Shown: piece by piece, positions 38,492-49,400 of the stretch | How the letters are laid out: each line of letters begins with the position of its first letter | Numbering within the stretch: position 1 is the stretch's first letter | Program-made: the position numbers and the translations under genes | Assembly (NCBI GenBank): GCA_965207735.1 | Contig: OZ242296.1 | Span: forward strand, 2,720,001 to 2,784,000 | Source of the DNA: Candidatus Versatilivorator sp. | Lineage (GTDB): Bacteria > Acidobacteriota > Terriglobia > Versatilivoradales > Versatilivoraceae | Direction: 5' to 3' | DNA length: 64,000 nucleotides | Notes under the pieces: model-generated | The model's input: only the letters and a program-made list of their open reading frames with translations | Told to the model about the DNA's origin: nothing | Databases searched by the model: none

Positions 38492-39529
38492 TCAGCGCAC
38501 GAACCAGCGGATCGGGTAGTGGCCCTGGCTCCTTTCGAACTTCAGGGTGTAGGGATTGAGCAGCAGGCGGGCCACGTATCCGTCGGTGCGGGCCATCAGC
38601 CATCCGAAGTCCCACCCCCGACTCTCGTACTGCAGCGGCACCCCCGGCTTGACTCGGACCAGCGGGTGGGTCCCGGCGATGAACAGCCGCTGCTCGGTAT
38701 AGTAGTAGCAGGATCCGGTCTTGACGAAGACCTCGTGGTCGATGCTCTCCTCGTCCTTGCCCGCCAGGTCGGCGCAGAGGCCCCGGACGGCCACCTTGAC
38801 CTCCTTTCCGTCCGCCACCTGCCGGCCCAGCTCCTCGGCTGAGCCTGAAGTCACCTTCCCCTCTGCGTTGTGGGACAGCACCTCCTCCCAATCGTCCCTC
38901 ACCAGGTACTTGAAGAGATCGAAATCGTAGACGAAGTTGCTGCTGGGCGCATTGGTCCCCTTGTCCCAACTGTCCATTTGGTGGTACTTGGGCATGCTGC
39001 TGTGGTCAGCCGGCTCGGACGGGCCCGGTTCGGCCGTGACCTCTCCCCCGTCCAGAAAGGGGCGGGCGATGGCCTGGCTGCCGTCCTGGTTGTAGAGGAA
39101 AAAAGACATGGAGGGGCGGGACCCGAAGCCGTCCGGCAAGCTGATGGGCTGGCGCAGGGTCATGATTCCGGCCACCCACCGGTCTTCCATCAGATAGGTG
39201 CCGGCAAACTCCGCCACTTCCTCGATCAACTCGGCGCTGTCCGAACTGGTATCGATGTGTTCGTTGTTCTTGAATTCCGTCCCGATGCGCAAGTCCGCCC
39301 CCCGGCGGATGGCCGCCGCCAGCGCCTCCTCGCTTCCCGAGACCCGCTGTCTTGAGGAATCCATCTGGAGGGCGGACTTCCAGGGATTTTCCTTCTCCCG
39401 CGGCTTTGCGCAGCCGGCCAGGGCCGCCAGGGCCGATCCCGCCAGGCTCCCCAAGCCGGCTCCCAGCAACCGCCTGCGGCCACCTCCCTTGAATGTCATC
39501 GGAAATACCTCCCTTTCTTGCAGGTTCAT
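38492..39529 (-). CDS. Hypothetical protein, putative Tat-exported lipoprotein with internal two-fold repeat
   Basis: GRRRLLG...ALAGC lipobox-like. Halves WKSALQMD...SGSEEALAAAIRRGADLRI and WEEVLSHN...SGSAEELGRQVADGKEVKV. Confidence 0.7.
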   Translation of the reverse strand: MNLQEREVFPMTFKGGGRRRLLGAGLGSLAGSALAALAGCAKPREKENPWKSALQMDSSRQRVSGSEEALAAAIRRGADLRIGTEFKNNEHIDTSSDSAELIEEVAEFAGTYLMEDRWVAGIMTLRQPISLPDGFGSRPSMSFFLYNQDGSQAIARPFLDGGEVTAEPGPSEPADHSSMPKYHQMDSWDKGTNAPSSNFVYDFDLFKYLVRDDWEEVLSHNAEGKVTSGSAEELGRQVADGKEVKVAVRGLCADLAGKDEESIDHEVFVKTGSCYYYTEQRLFIAGTHPLVRVKPGVPLQYESRGWDFGWLMARTDGYVARLLLNPYTLKFERSQGHYPIRWFVR

Positions 39530-39572
39530 TAGCCCGCATATCGCACCGGGTCGCTCCCCGTGCGATGACGGC

Positions 39573-41456
39573 TCAAATTATTCCCATCTCCCTCAAGGTC
39601 GCCGCCAGCCCCAGAAGGAAAAAGAAGATGCCTCCCAGCGCCATGGCGATGCGGACAAACCAGCCGGGCCTCAGTTCCCGTGGAAGCAGGACCGTGTTGA
39701 GAACCAGGGTATGGCAGCAACTGATGCCCAGTGCGAAATTGTAGCTGATGGTGGCGAACTTGATCAGCGCCGTGGGCGCGTTCAGCCACAGCATGGCCAG
39801 ACCCAGAACGGAATAGCCCATGATCAGCCCGAAGTAGATCCTGCCGATCCTGGACGGGTCCACCTGGCGCAGCCTGGCGCTGGAAGTCCAGATGGTATCC
39901 AGCCAGCGGCGGACCACGCCGTCGATGTGTCCGACCATGGTGGGGGCCAGCACCAGAAACCCGCAGAAGAGGGTGGAAGCCCAGAAAAGATTTCCCCAGG
40001 CAGCGCCGCCCAGGATCTCGGAGAGACCCGTCATGGATGCCAGCACGCCGTCGGGCGGGTTGGCGGCCTGCCTGCCCACACCCTCGGCCGTCAGCGCCGC
40101 CGCGTTCCAGCGGTCGGCCTCGGTGCCGCGCCGCAGGAACTCCACCGACAACATGCTGGGCAGGGCCAGGCCTATGAAGCAGGCGGGAATCCAGATGGCG
40201 CACTGGTCGCGCACCACGTGCCGGTACCAGCGCCGCCAGCGCGGCAGCGATTGCCGGTTCACCTCGAACACCGACCCCACGTGGGAGAGAGTGATGCCCT
40301 GGCCTCCCACCATGCTGGGAATGGCGCCCACATGGTGTCCCATGCCCCAACCCTGGTCGCGGGTGAAGTTGCTGATGGGCGTATTGCTCAGCCCTCCATT
40401 ACCGGCGATGGCGGCCATGGCGGCAATAAAGGCGATCAGGGTGAAATCGATGGTGGGCAGAGTCCCCTTGCCGAACCAGGAGACAAACACGTTTTCCACG
40501 TTGGGGCCGTCCGGAAATCCATCGCCGTCCAGGTCCTCGTGTTTCACCAGTTGACCCTGAGGCCCCCGCTCCCAGGTGTCGGGCCGGCCGTCGCCGTCGG
40601 AGTCGACGGTAGGCTCCAGCCTGCGTTCGACCACGTCCAGGTGGCCGTCCCCGTCCCAGTCCTCTCCGGGGTCCAGCCTTCCGTTGCCGTTGCGGTCCTC
40701 CCCGCTGAGAACGGGCACGGTTCCGAACTTGAAGAAGCCGCTCCCGATGTCGGCCCAGGTCGAGGGGCTGGAATAGAGCAGCGCCACAATCAGCAGGAAG
40801 CCGAACACCGCGACCAGCTTGAGGGACATCACCGCCTTCAGCGAGTTGTAGACCTTGCCTCCGAAGATCAGGGGAATCACCGAGACGGCGAATATGGCGG
40901 TGGCGGTGAGCTTGTGCATCCACCAGTGCAGCGGCACCGCGTCCGGATCGGGCATCTGGCCGCCAAGCAGCAGGATCATCACCGGGGTGGCCGCGGTGGC
41001 GGCCAGATAGGGAAAGACCGAGCCGAAATCCAGGACCAGGTAGACGGCCAGCCAGAACCGGGGTCCCGGCGCGGTCCGGAATTTGCCGGTGAAGATGGGC
41101 TCGCCGGTGTAGAGGGTGTAGCGGCTGATCTCGATGTTGTAGAGGCCCTGGGCCAGGATGCTGAGGGTGGCCAGCCACAGCAGCGCCCCCCCGTAGCGGG
41201 CCGTCACCAGCGGGCCCAGCAGCCACTCGCCGCCGCCGATGGCTCCGGCCCCCGCCACCAGGCCGGGACCCAGGAAGGCATACCAGTGCTTCCGGACGAA
41301 CCTGGGAGCGTCGATCAGCTCGCCGGGGTTCCAGCGCGGCATTTTCCGGGAGCCGGGATGGGGAGGAACGAAACCGGTTTGGCCCGTGGCGGTCCCGTCG
41401 CCGGGGCTCTCCGGCGTCGGTCGGCCATCCAGCCTCTGGCTGCTGTCATCGGTCAT
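39573..41456 (-). CDS. NRAMP/APC-like transporter with Asp-rich loop insert
   Basis: LGPGLV...IGGGEWLLGP, EISRYTLYTGE, multiple TM helices, DxDGDG repeats. Confidence 0.85.
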   Translation of the reverse strand: MTDDSSQRLDGRPTPESPGDGTATGQTGFVPPHPGSRKMPRWNPGELIDAPRFVRKHWYAFLGPGLVAGAGAIGGGEWLLGPLVTARYGGALLWLATLSILAQGLYNIEISRYTLYTGEPIFTGKFRTAPGPRFWLAVYLVLDFGSVFPYLAATAATPVMILLLGGQMPDPDAVPLHWWMHKLTATAIFAVSVIPLIFGGKVYNSLKAVMSLKLVAVFGFLLIVALLYSSPSTWADIGSGFFKFGTVPVLSGEDRNGNGRLDPGEDWDGDGHLDVVERRLEPTVDSDGDGRPDTWERGPQGQLVKHEDLDGDGFPDGPNVENVFVSWFGKGTLPTIDFTLIAFIAAMAAIAGNGGLSNTPISNFTRDQGWGMGHHVGAIPSMVGGQGITLSHVGSVFEVNRQSLPRWRRWYRHVVRDQCAIWIPACFIGLALPSMLSVEFLRRGTEADRWNAAALTAEGVGRQAANPPDGVLASMTGLSEILGGAAWGNLFWASTLFCGFLVLAPTMVGHIDGVVRRWLDTIWTSSARLRQVDPSRIGRIYFGLIMGYSVLGLAMLWLNAPTALIKFATISYNFALGISCCHTLVLNTVLLPRELRPGWFVRIAMALGGIFFFLLGLAATLREMGII

Positions 41457-41734
41457 GGGATCTCCTGGGCCTCGTCATCACCGTTCAGTCCTGCTCAGGG
41501 CACTCCCGGTCGCACACCGTTTCCGAGGTCGCCCGGAAGTCTCCGACTGCAATCTGTCCGGTCCCAAGGATCCACAGACCAGACCGTTCCACCCAAGACA
41601 ACCCCGTTACCCGGCAATTCAGCAGGAGAGGATCCCGGGAGCTTCTCAGAGGCACTATCGGGAATTACGGAGCAATCCGATCCGGTGAAGCACACGGACT
41701 TGTGGTGGAATTATGGGACGGGCGTCGATGACGA

Positions 41735-41917
41735 TCAGCCGGCCTCGCGCTTTGCGATCAGCTCGCGAAATTCCGGAACGAGATCAACCGGCACTTCGAT
41801 CGCCGTGTGAGCGGGGCTTCCGAACGCAGCTTCGTCCTCGCTTTGCGCTTCGTAGTGCTCCAGAACACGTTGGGCCCGGCCCTTATCCCAGCCGGCTGGA
41901 AAGTGTTGCTTGCTCAT
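41735..41917 (-). CDS. Small antitoxin-like hypothetical protein
   Basis: FPAGWD..RAQRVLEHYEAQSEDEA...EVPVDLVPEFRELIA pattern recalled from small type II antitoxin-like proteins. Confidence 0.55.
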   Translation of the reverse strand: MSKQHFPAGWDKGRAQRVLEHYEAQSEDEAAFGSPAHTAIEVPVDLVPEFRELIAKREAG

Positions 41918-41973
41918 CGAGCCCTCTTGCGTCTGCGGCGAAGCGCACGCTTCGCCTTCGGTCCAATCTTACC

Positions 41974-42954
41974 TCAGAACCCGGCCCGCTTGTCGCAGAT
42001 GTTCAGCAGGGGCTCTCCCTTGAGGTAGCGCACCAGGTTGTCCTTGAAGATCCGGTAGCGGCGCTCCCAGGTCTGGGGGGAGTCGCCGGAAACGTGGGGG
42101 GAGATGAGGACGTTGGGCAGGTCCCAGAGCGGGCTGTCGTCCGGCGGGGGTTCGGGCCTGGTGGCGTCGAAGCCGGCCCCGGCGATGCTTCCCGACCTGA
42201 GCCCCTCCGCCACCGCCGCTTCATCCACGATGCCGCCCCGGGAGATGACGATCAGGCGGCTGCCCTGCTTGAGCCGGCCGATTCGCTCCCGGTTCAGCAG
42301 CCCTTCGGTGCCGTCGGTGAGGGGCGCCGTCACCACGAACCAGTCGGAGATCTCGAGCAACCGTTCCAGGCCGTCGAGAGTCCAGGCCTCGGTCACTCCC
42401 GGCGGCGGTTCCATGGGCTTCACGTCCACGCCACAGACCCGCATGCCGAAGGCCCGGGCCCGCACGGCCACGGCCCGCCCGATGGCGCCCAGGGCCAGAA
42501 TCCCCATGGTGGCGCCGTCGAGTTCCGTAATCTGGGCCCGGTACTTGTCGACGTCCCAGCGGTGGGCCCGCTGATCGTCCAGCATGTCCACCATCCGGTG
42601 GGCGAGCATCAGAATCATGGCCATGACGTGGTCGGCCATGGCGATGGCATGAGTGGCCGGTGCGTTGGTCAGGACCACGTCGCTGGCCACGAAAGCGGGA
42701 TTGCCCCGCACCAGCGGGTCGAACCCCGCTCCCACGAAGTGGCACCAGCGCAACTTCCCGGCCGCCTCGAAGACGGCCGGGGTGATGGCCCCGAACAAGA
42801 CCTCGGCGTCGGGGATCTCCCGGATCTGATCGGCCTGGGTAGGAGCCGGGCAGAAGTCGACTGAAGGGAAAGAGTTCCTGAGCTCCGCGACAAACTCGCG
42901 GTCGGCTTCGCTGTCGAGGACAACTTTCATGGATTTGAGCCCCCCAATGGTCAC
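41974..42954 (-). CDS. D-isomer-specific 2-hydroxyacid dehydrogenase
   Basis: GILALGAIG, PLTDGTEGL, ISRGGIVDE, D...PEP, LWDLPNVLISPHVSG. Confidence 0.93.
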   Translation of the reverse strand: MTIGGLKSMKVVLDSEADREFVAELRNSFPSVDFCPAPTQADQIREIPDAEVLFGAITPAVFEAAGKLRWCHFVGAGFDPLVRGNPAFVASDVVLTNAPATHAIAMADHVMAMILMLAHRMVDMLDDQRAHRWDVDKYRAQITELDGATMGILALGAIGRAVAVRARAFGMRVCGVDVKPMEPPPGVTEAWTLDGLERLLEISDWFVVTAPLTDGTEGLLNRERIGRLKQGSRLIVISRGGIVDEAAVAEGLRSGSIAGAGFDATRPEPPPDDSPLWDLPNVLISPHVSGDSPQTWERRYRIFKDNLVRYLKGEPLLNICDKRAGF

Positions 42955-43149
42955 ATGGTATGCAAGAAATTTCGACCGAAGTTACCGCACTGCCGGGCGA
43001 CCGTCAAGCCCGCCAACCGTCGCCTGCCGGCAGCCCCGCCCATTCCCCGCCCCCAGGTTCGGCGAGCGAACCTCCGAGCCAGGGTGTACAATGCCGTTCC
43101 CGCATTCCTGATCGACAGTCGGGTGACCACCACCCGGGAGGTCTCGCCG

Positions 43150-44754
43150 TTGGCCTTGCTCTGCCAGATTCAGCTGCAGTGGATGGACTACGGGCTGATC
43201 GTGGCCTACGCCCTGCTGGTGCTGGCGATCGGCATCGGATTCTCGCGCCAGCAGGCCAGCTCGGCCAACTTCCTGCTGGCGGGCCGGTCCATGGGCTGGG
43301 CGGCTGTCGGCATCTCCCAACTGGCCAGCCTGCTGTCGGCCATCAGCTACCTGGGAACCCCGGGTGAAGCCTACGGCTACGACCTGCAGTATCTCCTCTT
43401 CAGCATCTGCGGCTTTCTGTGCGTGCCCCTCGCCATCTACTTGTTTCTGGACTTCTTCTATCGACTGCAGTTGACCTCCATCTACGAGTACCTGGAACGG
43501 AGGTTCAACTACCCCACCCGGCTCCTGGCCAGCGTGGTCTTCGTGGTCTCCCGCCTGGCCTGGATGGCCACCATCGTGGTGGCCGTCTCCCTGGCCATCG
43601 AGGAACTCACCGGAATCGAGCCCGCGGTCTCCATCATCCTGACCACGGCGATCGCCACCGCCTACACGCTGGTGGGCGGCATGAAGGCCATTATCTGGAC
43701 CGACGTCCTGCAGTTTTTCCTCTTCACCCTGGGCCTGGCTGCAGCAGTCGCCCTGATCTTCTGGAAGGACCCGGCCTCCGAGCTCCTGGCCGTGATTGTC
43801 CGCGACGACAAGCTGAGGATGTTCGACTTCAGCCTGGACCCCACCACCCGCATCACCGTCTGGATGGCCCTGACCGCGGGCGCCGTCAACGGCGTCGCCA
43901 ACCTGACCGACCAGGTCAGCATGCAGCGCTACCTCTCCTGCGCATCCCTGCGAGACGCCCGGCGGGCGGTCTGGTTCAAGCCCTTCCTGTCGATCCCGGT
44001 CACCGTGCTGATCTACGGTCTGGGGCTGGTTCTCTACGCCCACCATCAGTTGAACCCGGAGCTGGCCGTGGGGATCGGGAGCGCCGACCGCGCCTTCCCC
44101 CACTTTGTCCTCAACGAGATGCGGGGCGGGCTGGCAGGCCTCATCCTGGCCTCCATATTCGCGGCCGCCATGTCGAGCATCGATTCGGGAACCCACACCA
44201 TCAGCACGGTCTGCGTGGAAGACTACTACAAGCGGCTGATCCGGCCCGACGCTCCCGACGGCCACTGCCTGCGGCTGGCCCGCGGCCTGACGCTGCTCTG
44301 GGCTGTTGTCATCGCGGTGCTGGCCCAGTTCCTGACCGGCCAGGACACCATCGTGGGCACCATGGCTTCGGTGGTGGCCCCGTTTTTCGGCTGCGCGGTA
44401 GGCATGTTCGTTCTGGGAACCGCCACCCGGCGGGCCACGGGCTGGGGAGCCTCCTTGGGAGCGGTGGTCGGCTACCTGCTGGTGGTGGTCACCAAGTACT
44501 GGCTGTTCAAGATCGACGGGCAGTGGCTCCTGCTGCCGGGAGGACCCGACCCCTACACTGCTGCCACCGTCGAGCAGGTCTCCAAGTTCTGGCTGACCTT
44601 TGTCAGCTTCGCGGGCACGGTCATTCCCGGCTACCTGATCAGCCTGGCGTCTCCCGCCCCGTCCAGGGCCCGGCTGCGGGGCCTGACCTTGTGGGACGGG
44701 AAAGGAAGGGCTCGAGCCGAGGCCGGGCCAGGCAGCGAGCGAAAGCAGGACTGA
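43150..44754 (+). CDS. Sodium:solute symporter (SSS family)
   Basis: FLLAGRSM, LSAISYLGTPG, SIYEYLERRF, GGMKAIIWTD, DQVSMQRYL, AAAMSSID. GGGAGG RBS before TTG 43150. Confidence 0.93.
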   Translation: MALLCQIQLQWMDYGLIVAYALLVLAIGIGFSRQQASSANFLLAGRSMGWAAVGISQLASLLSAISYLGTPGEAYGYDLQYLLFSICGFLCVPLAIYLFLDFFYRLQLTSIYEYLERRFNYPTRLLASVVFVVSRLAWMATIVVAVSLAIEELTGIEPAVSIILTTAIATAYTLVGGMKAIIWTDVLQFFLFTLGLAAAVALIFWKDPASELLAVIVRDDKLRMFDFSLDPTTRITVWMALTAGAVNGVANLTDQVSMQRYLSCASLRDARRAVWFKPFLSIPVTVLIYGLGLVLYAHHQLNPELAVGIGSADRAFPHFVLNEMRGGLAGLILASIFAAAMSSIDSGTHTISTVCVEDYYKRLIRPDAPDGHCLRLARGLTLLWAVVIAVLAQFLTGQDTIVGTMASVVAPFFGCAVGMFVLGTATRRATGWGASLGAVVGYLLVVVTKYWLFKIDGQWLLLPGGPDPYTAATVEQVSKFWLTFVSFAGTVIPGYLISLASPAPSRARLRGLTLWDGKGRARAEAGPGSERKQD

Positions 44755-44755
44755 C

Positions 44756-46321
44756 ATGCCTCATCCGGAATCGGAAGCACGCGGCGGCGGCCCGCCCGTG
44801 GACCAAGCGGCCCGGCAAGAGCCGCGGATCGACGATCCCCCGGCGGCGCTGTGGTCGCGCAACCCCCTGGCCTGGTTCCGTTTTTTCGGCCCGGGCGCCA
44901 TCGTGGCCTCGGTGACGGTGGGCAGCGGAGAGATCGTCTTCCCCTCCCGGGGCGGCGCCCTGTTCGGCTACCAGCTACTGTGGATCTTCCCGGCCGTTGC
45001 CCTGCTGAAGTGGGGCATGGCCTATGCCAGCATGCGCCACATGATCCTCAGCGGCGCCCATCCATTTCAGCGCTGGACCCACCTGCCCGGCCCGCGCGGA
45101 TGGCTCCCCCTGGCCATCGTGGCGGTCTCCGTGCTCTGCCTGCCGCTCTGGTACTCCTGGTTGTCCGGGATTCTGGGGACCCACAGCGCCCAGGTCTCAG
45201 GGTACGCCGACCACTGCTTCTGGGCCACCACCTGGGTGCTGGTGGCCATCGCCCTCCTCTGGCGGGGCGGCTACCATTTTCTGGAAAAGGCCCAGCTCCT
45301 CATCCTGGCCATCATGCTGCTGGCGGTCTTCGTGGCCGTTTTTTTCGTGCGGCCCGACTGGTTGGCGGCCCTCAAGGGATTCCTCATTCCCCATGCGCTG
45401 CAGTACCCCGACTGGGCCTTCCAGGCGGTCCCCAAGCTGAGCCAGCGCTCCGAATGGGTGGAAGTGCTGGTCTACGTGTCCGTCATCGGCGGGGGTACGG
45501 AAGACTACCTTGCCTACGCGGCCTTCCTGCGGGAAAAACGCTGGGGGCGCAGCCACCTGCCGCCCGTGGCCGGCAGTCAACTGCAGGAGGTGGCCGCCCG
45601 CGGGAACCACACGGGCCGCATATGGATCCGGGCGGCGCTGATCGACACGGTCACCAGCTTCGTGTGCGTGGTCCTGATCGCGGTGGCCTTTACCCTCATG
45701 GGAGCGCTCATCCTGCAGCCACAGCGGCTGGTCCCGGACGGACTGGAGCTGGTCAGCCACCAGGCGGCCTTCCTGACCGGCCTGGCCGCCTGGCTCAAGC
45801 CGCTCTACGACCTGGCCATATTCCTGGCCTTCTTCGGCATTCTGCTGGGCGGCCCGGAGATGGCCTACCGGCTCTGGTCCGCCTACCTGGAAAGCGTGCC
45901 CGCCCTGGGGCGCCGGCTGAAACCCCGGCTGGTTCGGGCCGCCGCCATCGGCTGGACGCTCATCCCGGCCCTGATCATTCTCTGGACCCTCCGCCGACTG
46001 CAGCAAACCGGGGCGGTGGAGCCGGGGTTCGACCTGCTCGACCTGGTCACGCCGGCCGGCATATTCACCAGCTTCGTGGCCAGCTTCTTCTGTTTCGCCA
46101 ACATCTGGGCCGACCGAAGGTTTCTCCCACGGCCCCTGCGCGCTCCCGCATTCCTCCAGGCCGTCAACCTGCTGGCGGGCAGCGCCTTCCTGTTCACCGC
46201 CGTCAGGGCCATGGGAAGCTACCAGGGGGTGTGGGGCTACGCGTTTCTCATCCTTCTGCTGGGCGGCTGCATGCTGGCGGCCCGGAGAATGCGCTCCCTG
46301 TATGAGGAAAGTCCGACTTGA
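44756..46321 (+). CDS. NRAMP/APC-like transporter
   Basis: FGPGAIVASVTVGSGEIV..SRGGALFGY.LLW, many TM helices; starts 1 nt after the SSS stop. Confidence 0.85.
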   Translation: MPHPESEARGGGPPVDQAARQEPRIDDPPAALWSRNPLAWFRFFGPGAIVASVTVGSGEIVFPSRGGALFGYQLLWIFPAVALLKWGMAYASMRHMILSGAHPFQRWTHLPGPRGWLPLAIVAVSVLCLPLWYSWLSGILGTHSAQVSGYADHCFWATTWVLVAIALLWRGGYHFLEKAQLLILAIMLLAVFVAVFFVRPDWLAALKGFLIPHALQYPDWAFQAVPKLSQRSEWVEVLVYVSVIGGGTEDYLAYAAFLREKRWGRSHLPPVAGSQLQEVAARGNHTGRIWIRAALIDTVTSFVCVVLIAVAFTLMGALILQPQRLVPDGLELVSHQAAFLTGLAAWLKPLYDLAIFLAFFGILLGGPEMAYRLWSAYLESVPALGRRLKPRLVRAAAIGWTLIPALIILWTLRRLQQTGAVEPGFDLLDLVTPAGIFTSFVASFFCFANIWADRRFLPRPLRAPAFLQAVNLLAGSAFLFTAVRAMGSYQGVWGYAFLILLLGGCMLAARRMRSLYEESPT

Positions 46322-46463
46322 GACGGACCGAAGCCGACGGAAGACCGGCCACGGCGCGCGGGCGGGGCTGTAGAATCCGGAGGCTCAGGCGCAGCGATCC
46401 ACCATGGCAAGAGACTGGCAGTCACTGAACGAATATGCGCTCTTCTGCCGGGGGAGCCAGTGC

Positions 46464-49400
46464 TCAGAACGGAATGGACATGCGGATGCGGACCCCAGTG
46501 TTCGCGCCCCGGCTGCTTTTGCCTCGAGTGCCCTCCAGTTCCAGGTTCAACGGGTTAGTGTCGGGACTGGGGGGCTGAAGGTCGAACTCGCTTCCAACGC
46601 TTATTTCCTTCCCGTGTCCGGACCAGCGGAGACGGCTGAAGGGCGTCAGCAGTCCTCTTCCCCGTAGAACCTCAACGCCGTAGGCGCCTTCGCTTTCGAT
46701 CCTGTTCACGGAAACAGGATTTCCCGGTAAACTCCTTCCCCGGCCAGACGCATAGGCATAGTCCCACAAAGCCGCTCCACCTCCGCCATTTTGCCCATGG
46801 GAGGCGGCGGCTGACATCCGCAGACCCCGCCGCTTGTTTCCCGGATCCCAACTCGCCTGCAGTCCGCCTCCCCAGTCCTTGTAGCCCCCATCGTGAAGAA
46901 GCAGCATTCGACCTAGCAGGGCCAAGTCTAGACCGGTGGGGTTGTCGATGAAACCCAGGCGCAGACCGGTTTCGATGGCAGTACCGTGCACCGCTTCCCC
47001 TCGGTCCAGGCGCCCACCGAGCTCACCCTTCAGGCTGAAGGAACGTTTCCTGCCGCCGCGCTGGTGGACCACCTCCAGCATGGCCCGTGCTCGCGACGCG
47101 CTCCCATATACCTCACCAATGCGCTCATAAGAGTCGATCCCTATGTCGGACATGAATCCATCCAGACGAAATGCCAGCTCATTCTTGCCAGGCTTGGCCA
47201 GAAGGGAGCGCAGCCCCACGGTCCACATCCGGAATTCGGCATCGAAGACATGCGCCAGCCGGGGGTCCATGAGATCAACGGCGCCGCGTCCCGTGCCGCC
47301 GATCCCCCAAAGGCTGAGGCGGCGGTGCGGCTGCCAATATAGATAAGGATGGAGCGTGTTGAAACGGGCTGCCAGTCGCCCCTCACGATCGTCGCTATAA
47401 CTCATCTCACCCCAGCTTCGCGCAAAGGAAAGGCCGGCCAGCACCTGGCGGTTGGAAAAAAGATCCAACCCGACGTGGGTCGCTCTCAGTCCTCCTCGGA
47501 AGTCGACCCGGGAGCCGTTGCCGTTGAAGTGCTGGGAATCGCCATGGCCCCACAACACGGGTCTCCAGTAGCTTCCGCCGAATGAATTGCCTGCAAGAGG
47601 CAAGCCGAATGAAGTCCGAGAATGGACCGGTCCCTTCTCTGGTCCGCCGGAAGGATCGAATCCCGGTGAATGTTGGGATCGATCCTGATAAAAGGTGGGC
47701 ATCCACCAGCCCTGTTCCTGTTTCATGCGTTGCAACTGGCGCCGGCGTTCGAAACGGGATTCAACGGCTGTTTGAACGCTCTCCGCCAGCGCTCCTGACA
47801 TGGCAGACAAGAGAACCGGAAGTGTGTGGGTGAGTTCTTCGGCGGTGCGGTCGGTAATGGTAACCAGGAGCGGCCTGACGGAGATGCTCTTATAGTTTGG
47901 ATCGAGACTCGTGGCACTATGGCTGAACACTTCACTTTCATCCAGGGTATTGTCGTCGTCGAGAGTATCAAACCGCACGGTTTGAGCGATGTTCCAGTTG
48001 TCCCGGGTAAAGGTCACTTCATCCAAGGCGGCAACCAGCAACTGGGGGTTTGAGCTTGAGATTGCGACAGCCACGGCGGCCATAGGCCGAGAGAGCAGAA
48101 CGACGGTATAGGTCGCGGATTCCCCCTCCGGCACGCTCATGTGCGGATTGGGCACGATCTTGACTCCGGCAGCGTCATCGTCGGTAATATCGACCGAAAT
48201 GGCGGGAGCGGGAATCCCGTGGTAGGCAGCATCGGAACTGGTCGCTGCAAGAGTCAAAGTAGCGACCTCGTCGGTGGCATCCGCATCTTGGGCAATCGGC
48301 AACCTCACCTCGTGAGCAGTGGACCAGCTTGTGGGGCTGAAGGCCAGCGAGGCCGGCGATGGCGAGAGGTCGTTATTGTTGCTGCTCAGGGAGAGATGGA
48401 CCTCGGCAGAGGGCTCGCTTGCCAGCGCTACCGTGCAGGTCTTGAAGGTTCCCTCCAGAATGGTGAGTTCCAGAGGAGAGACGATCACCCCTGTAGTGTC
48501 GTCATCGATCACTGAAACCGAAACATCCGAGACGGTTAGACCGCTAAAGGCGCCGTCCATGCTGCTGGTTGAGTGGAGCAGGGTGGCGGTGTCGTCCATG
48601 GCGTCCGGATCCTGCAAGGTTTGAACGGTGACTGCCTGGGGTTCATTCCAATTTGACACGCTAAAGGTCAAAGAGTCGGGCTGGGTGACCGCGTCCTCAT
48701 CTCCGCGTCGGTCCACCTCAACCACGACGTCCTGAGTCGGCTTCGAGGTCAACACCACGGTGTATGTCCCGGAATCTCCCTCGTCAATAGCGAGGTTCAG
48801 GGGAGTGACAATTACACCCGCAGAATCAAGGTCGCCGACCGTGATCCGGACCGGGTCAACCGACGCCCCGTCATAGGTCGAATCGGAACTGCTGGCGGAG
48901 TGTCTCAAGGTAGCGACGTCGTCGACCGCATCCAGGTCCCGCGAGGCTTGAACCGTCACAGTACCTGGGTGATCCCATTCCGAAGGCTCAAACGTAACCT
49001 GTGCCACATCGGCAGATATGTCTGCATCGCCACTATGGCTAAGCGCGACGACAACCGGCTGGGATGGCCTCGATGTCAGCGCCACCGTATAGGTTGTGGA
49101 GGCATCCTCGGGCATTTCCAATCGGGTCGGCGTGACCTTCACTCGGGCGGTGTCATTGTCGCTGACCGTAATCCCAACCTCCTCTACGGGAATTCCCTGG
49201 TAGGTTGGGTCCGCACTGGCGGCGGAATGGTTGAACCGGGCCCTTTCGTCAAGCGCATCATCATCCTGTGCCGCCCGTGCTCTGATGGTTTGGGGGACGT
49301 TCCAGTCTACCGGGATGAAGGTCAGCGAGGCGGGCAACGGAGTCAGATCGCTGTTGTCACTATTTGCTGCCAGAACGACGGCGTGTGTGGGTTTGCTTGT

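Noticed and set aside
28123-41810. Long antisense or alternate-frame ORFs (28123-30681, 32123-34405, 32559-34733, 39198-41810; also 19430-20869, 42982-44757)
   Set aside because: They overlap well-supported genes and lack family motifs; typical shadow ORFs of high-GC codon bias.
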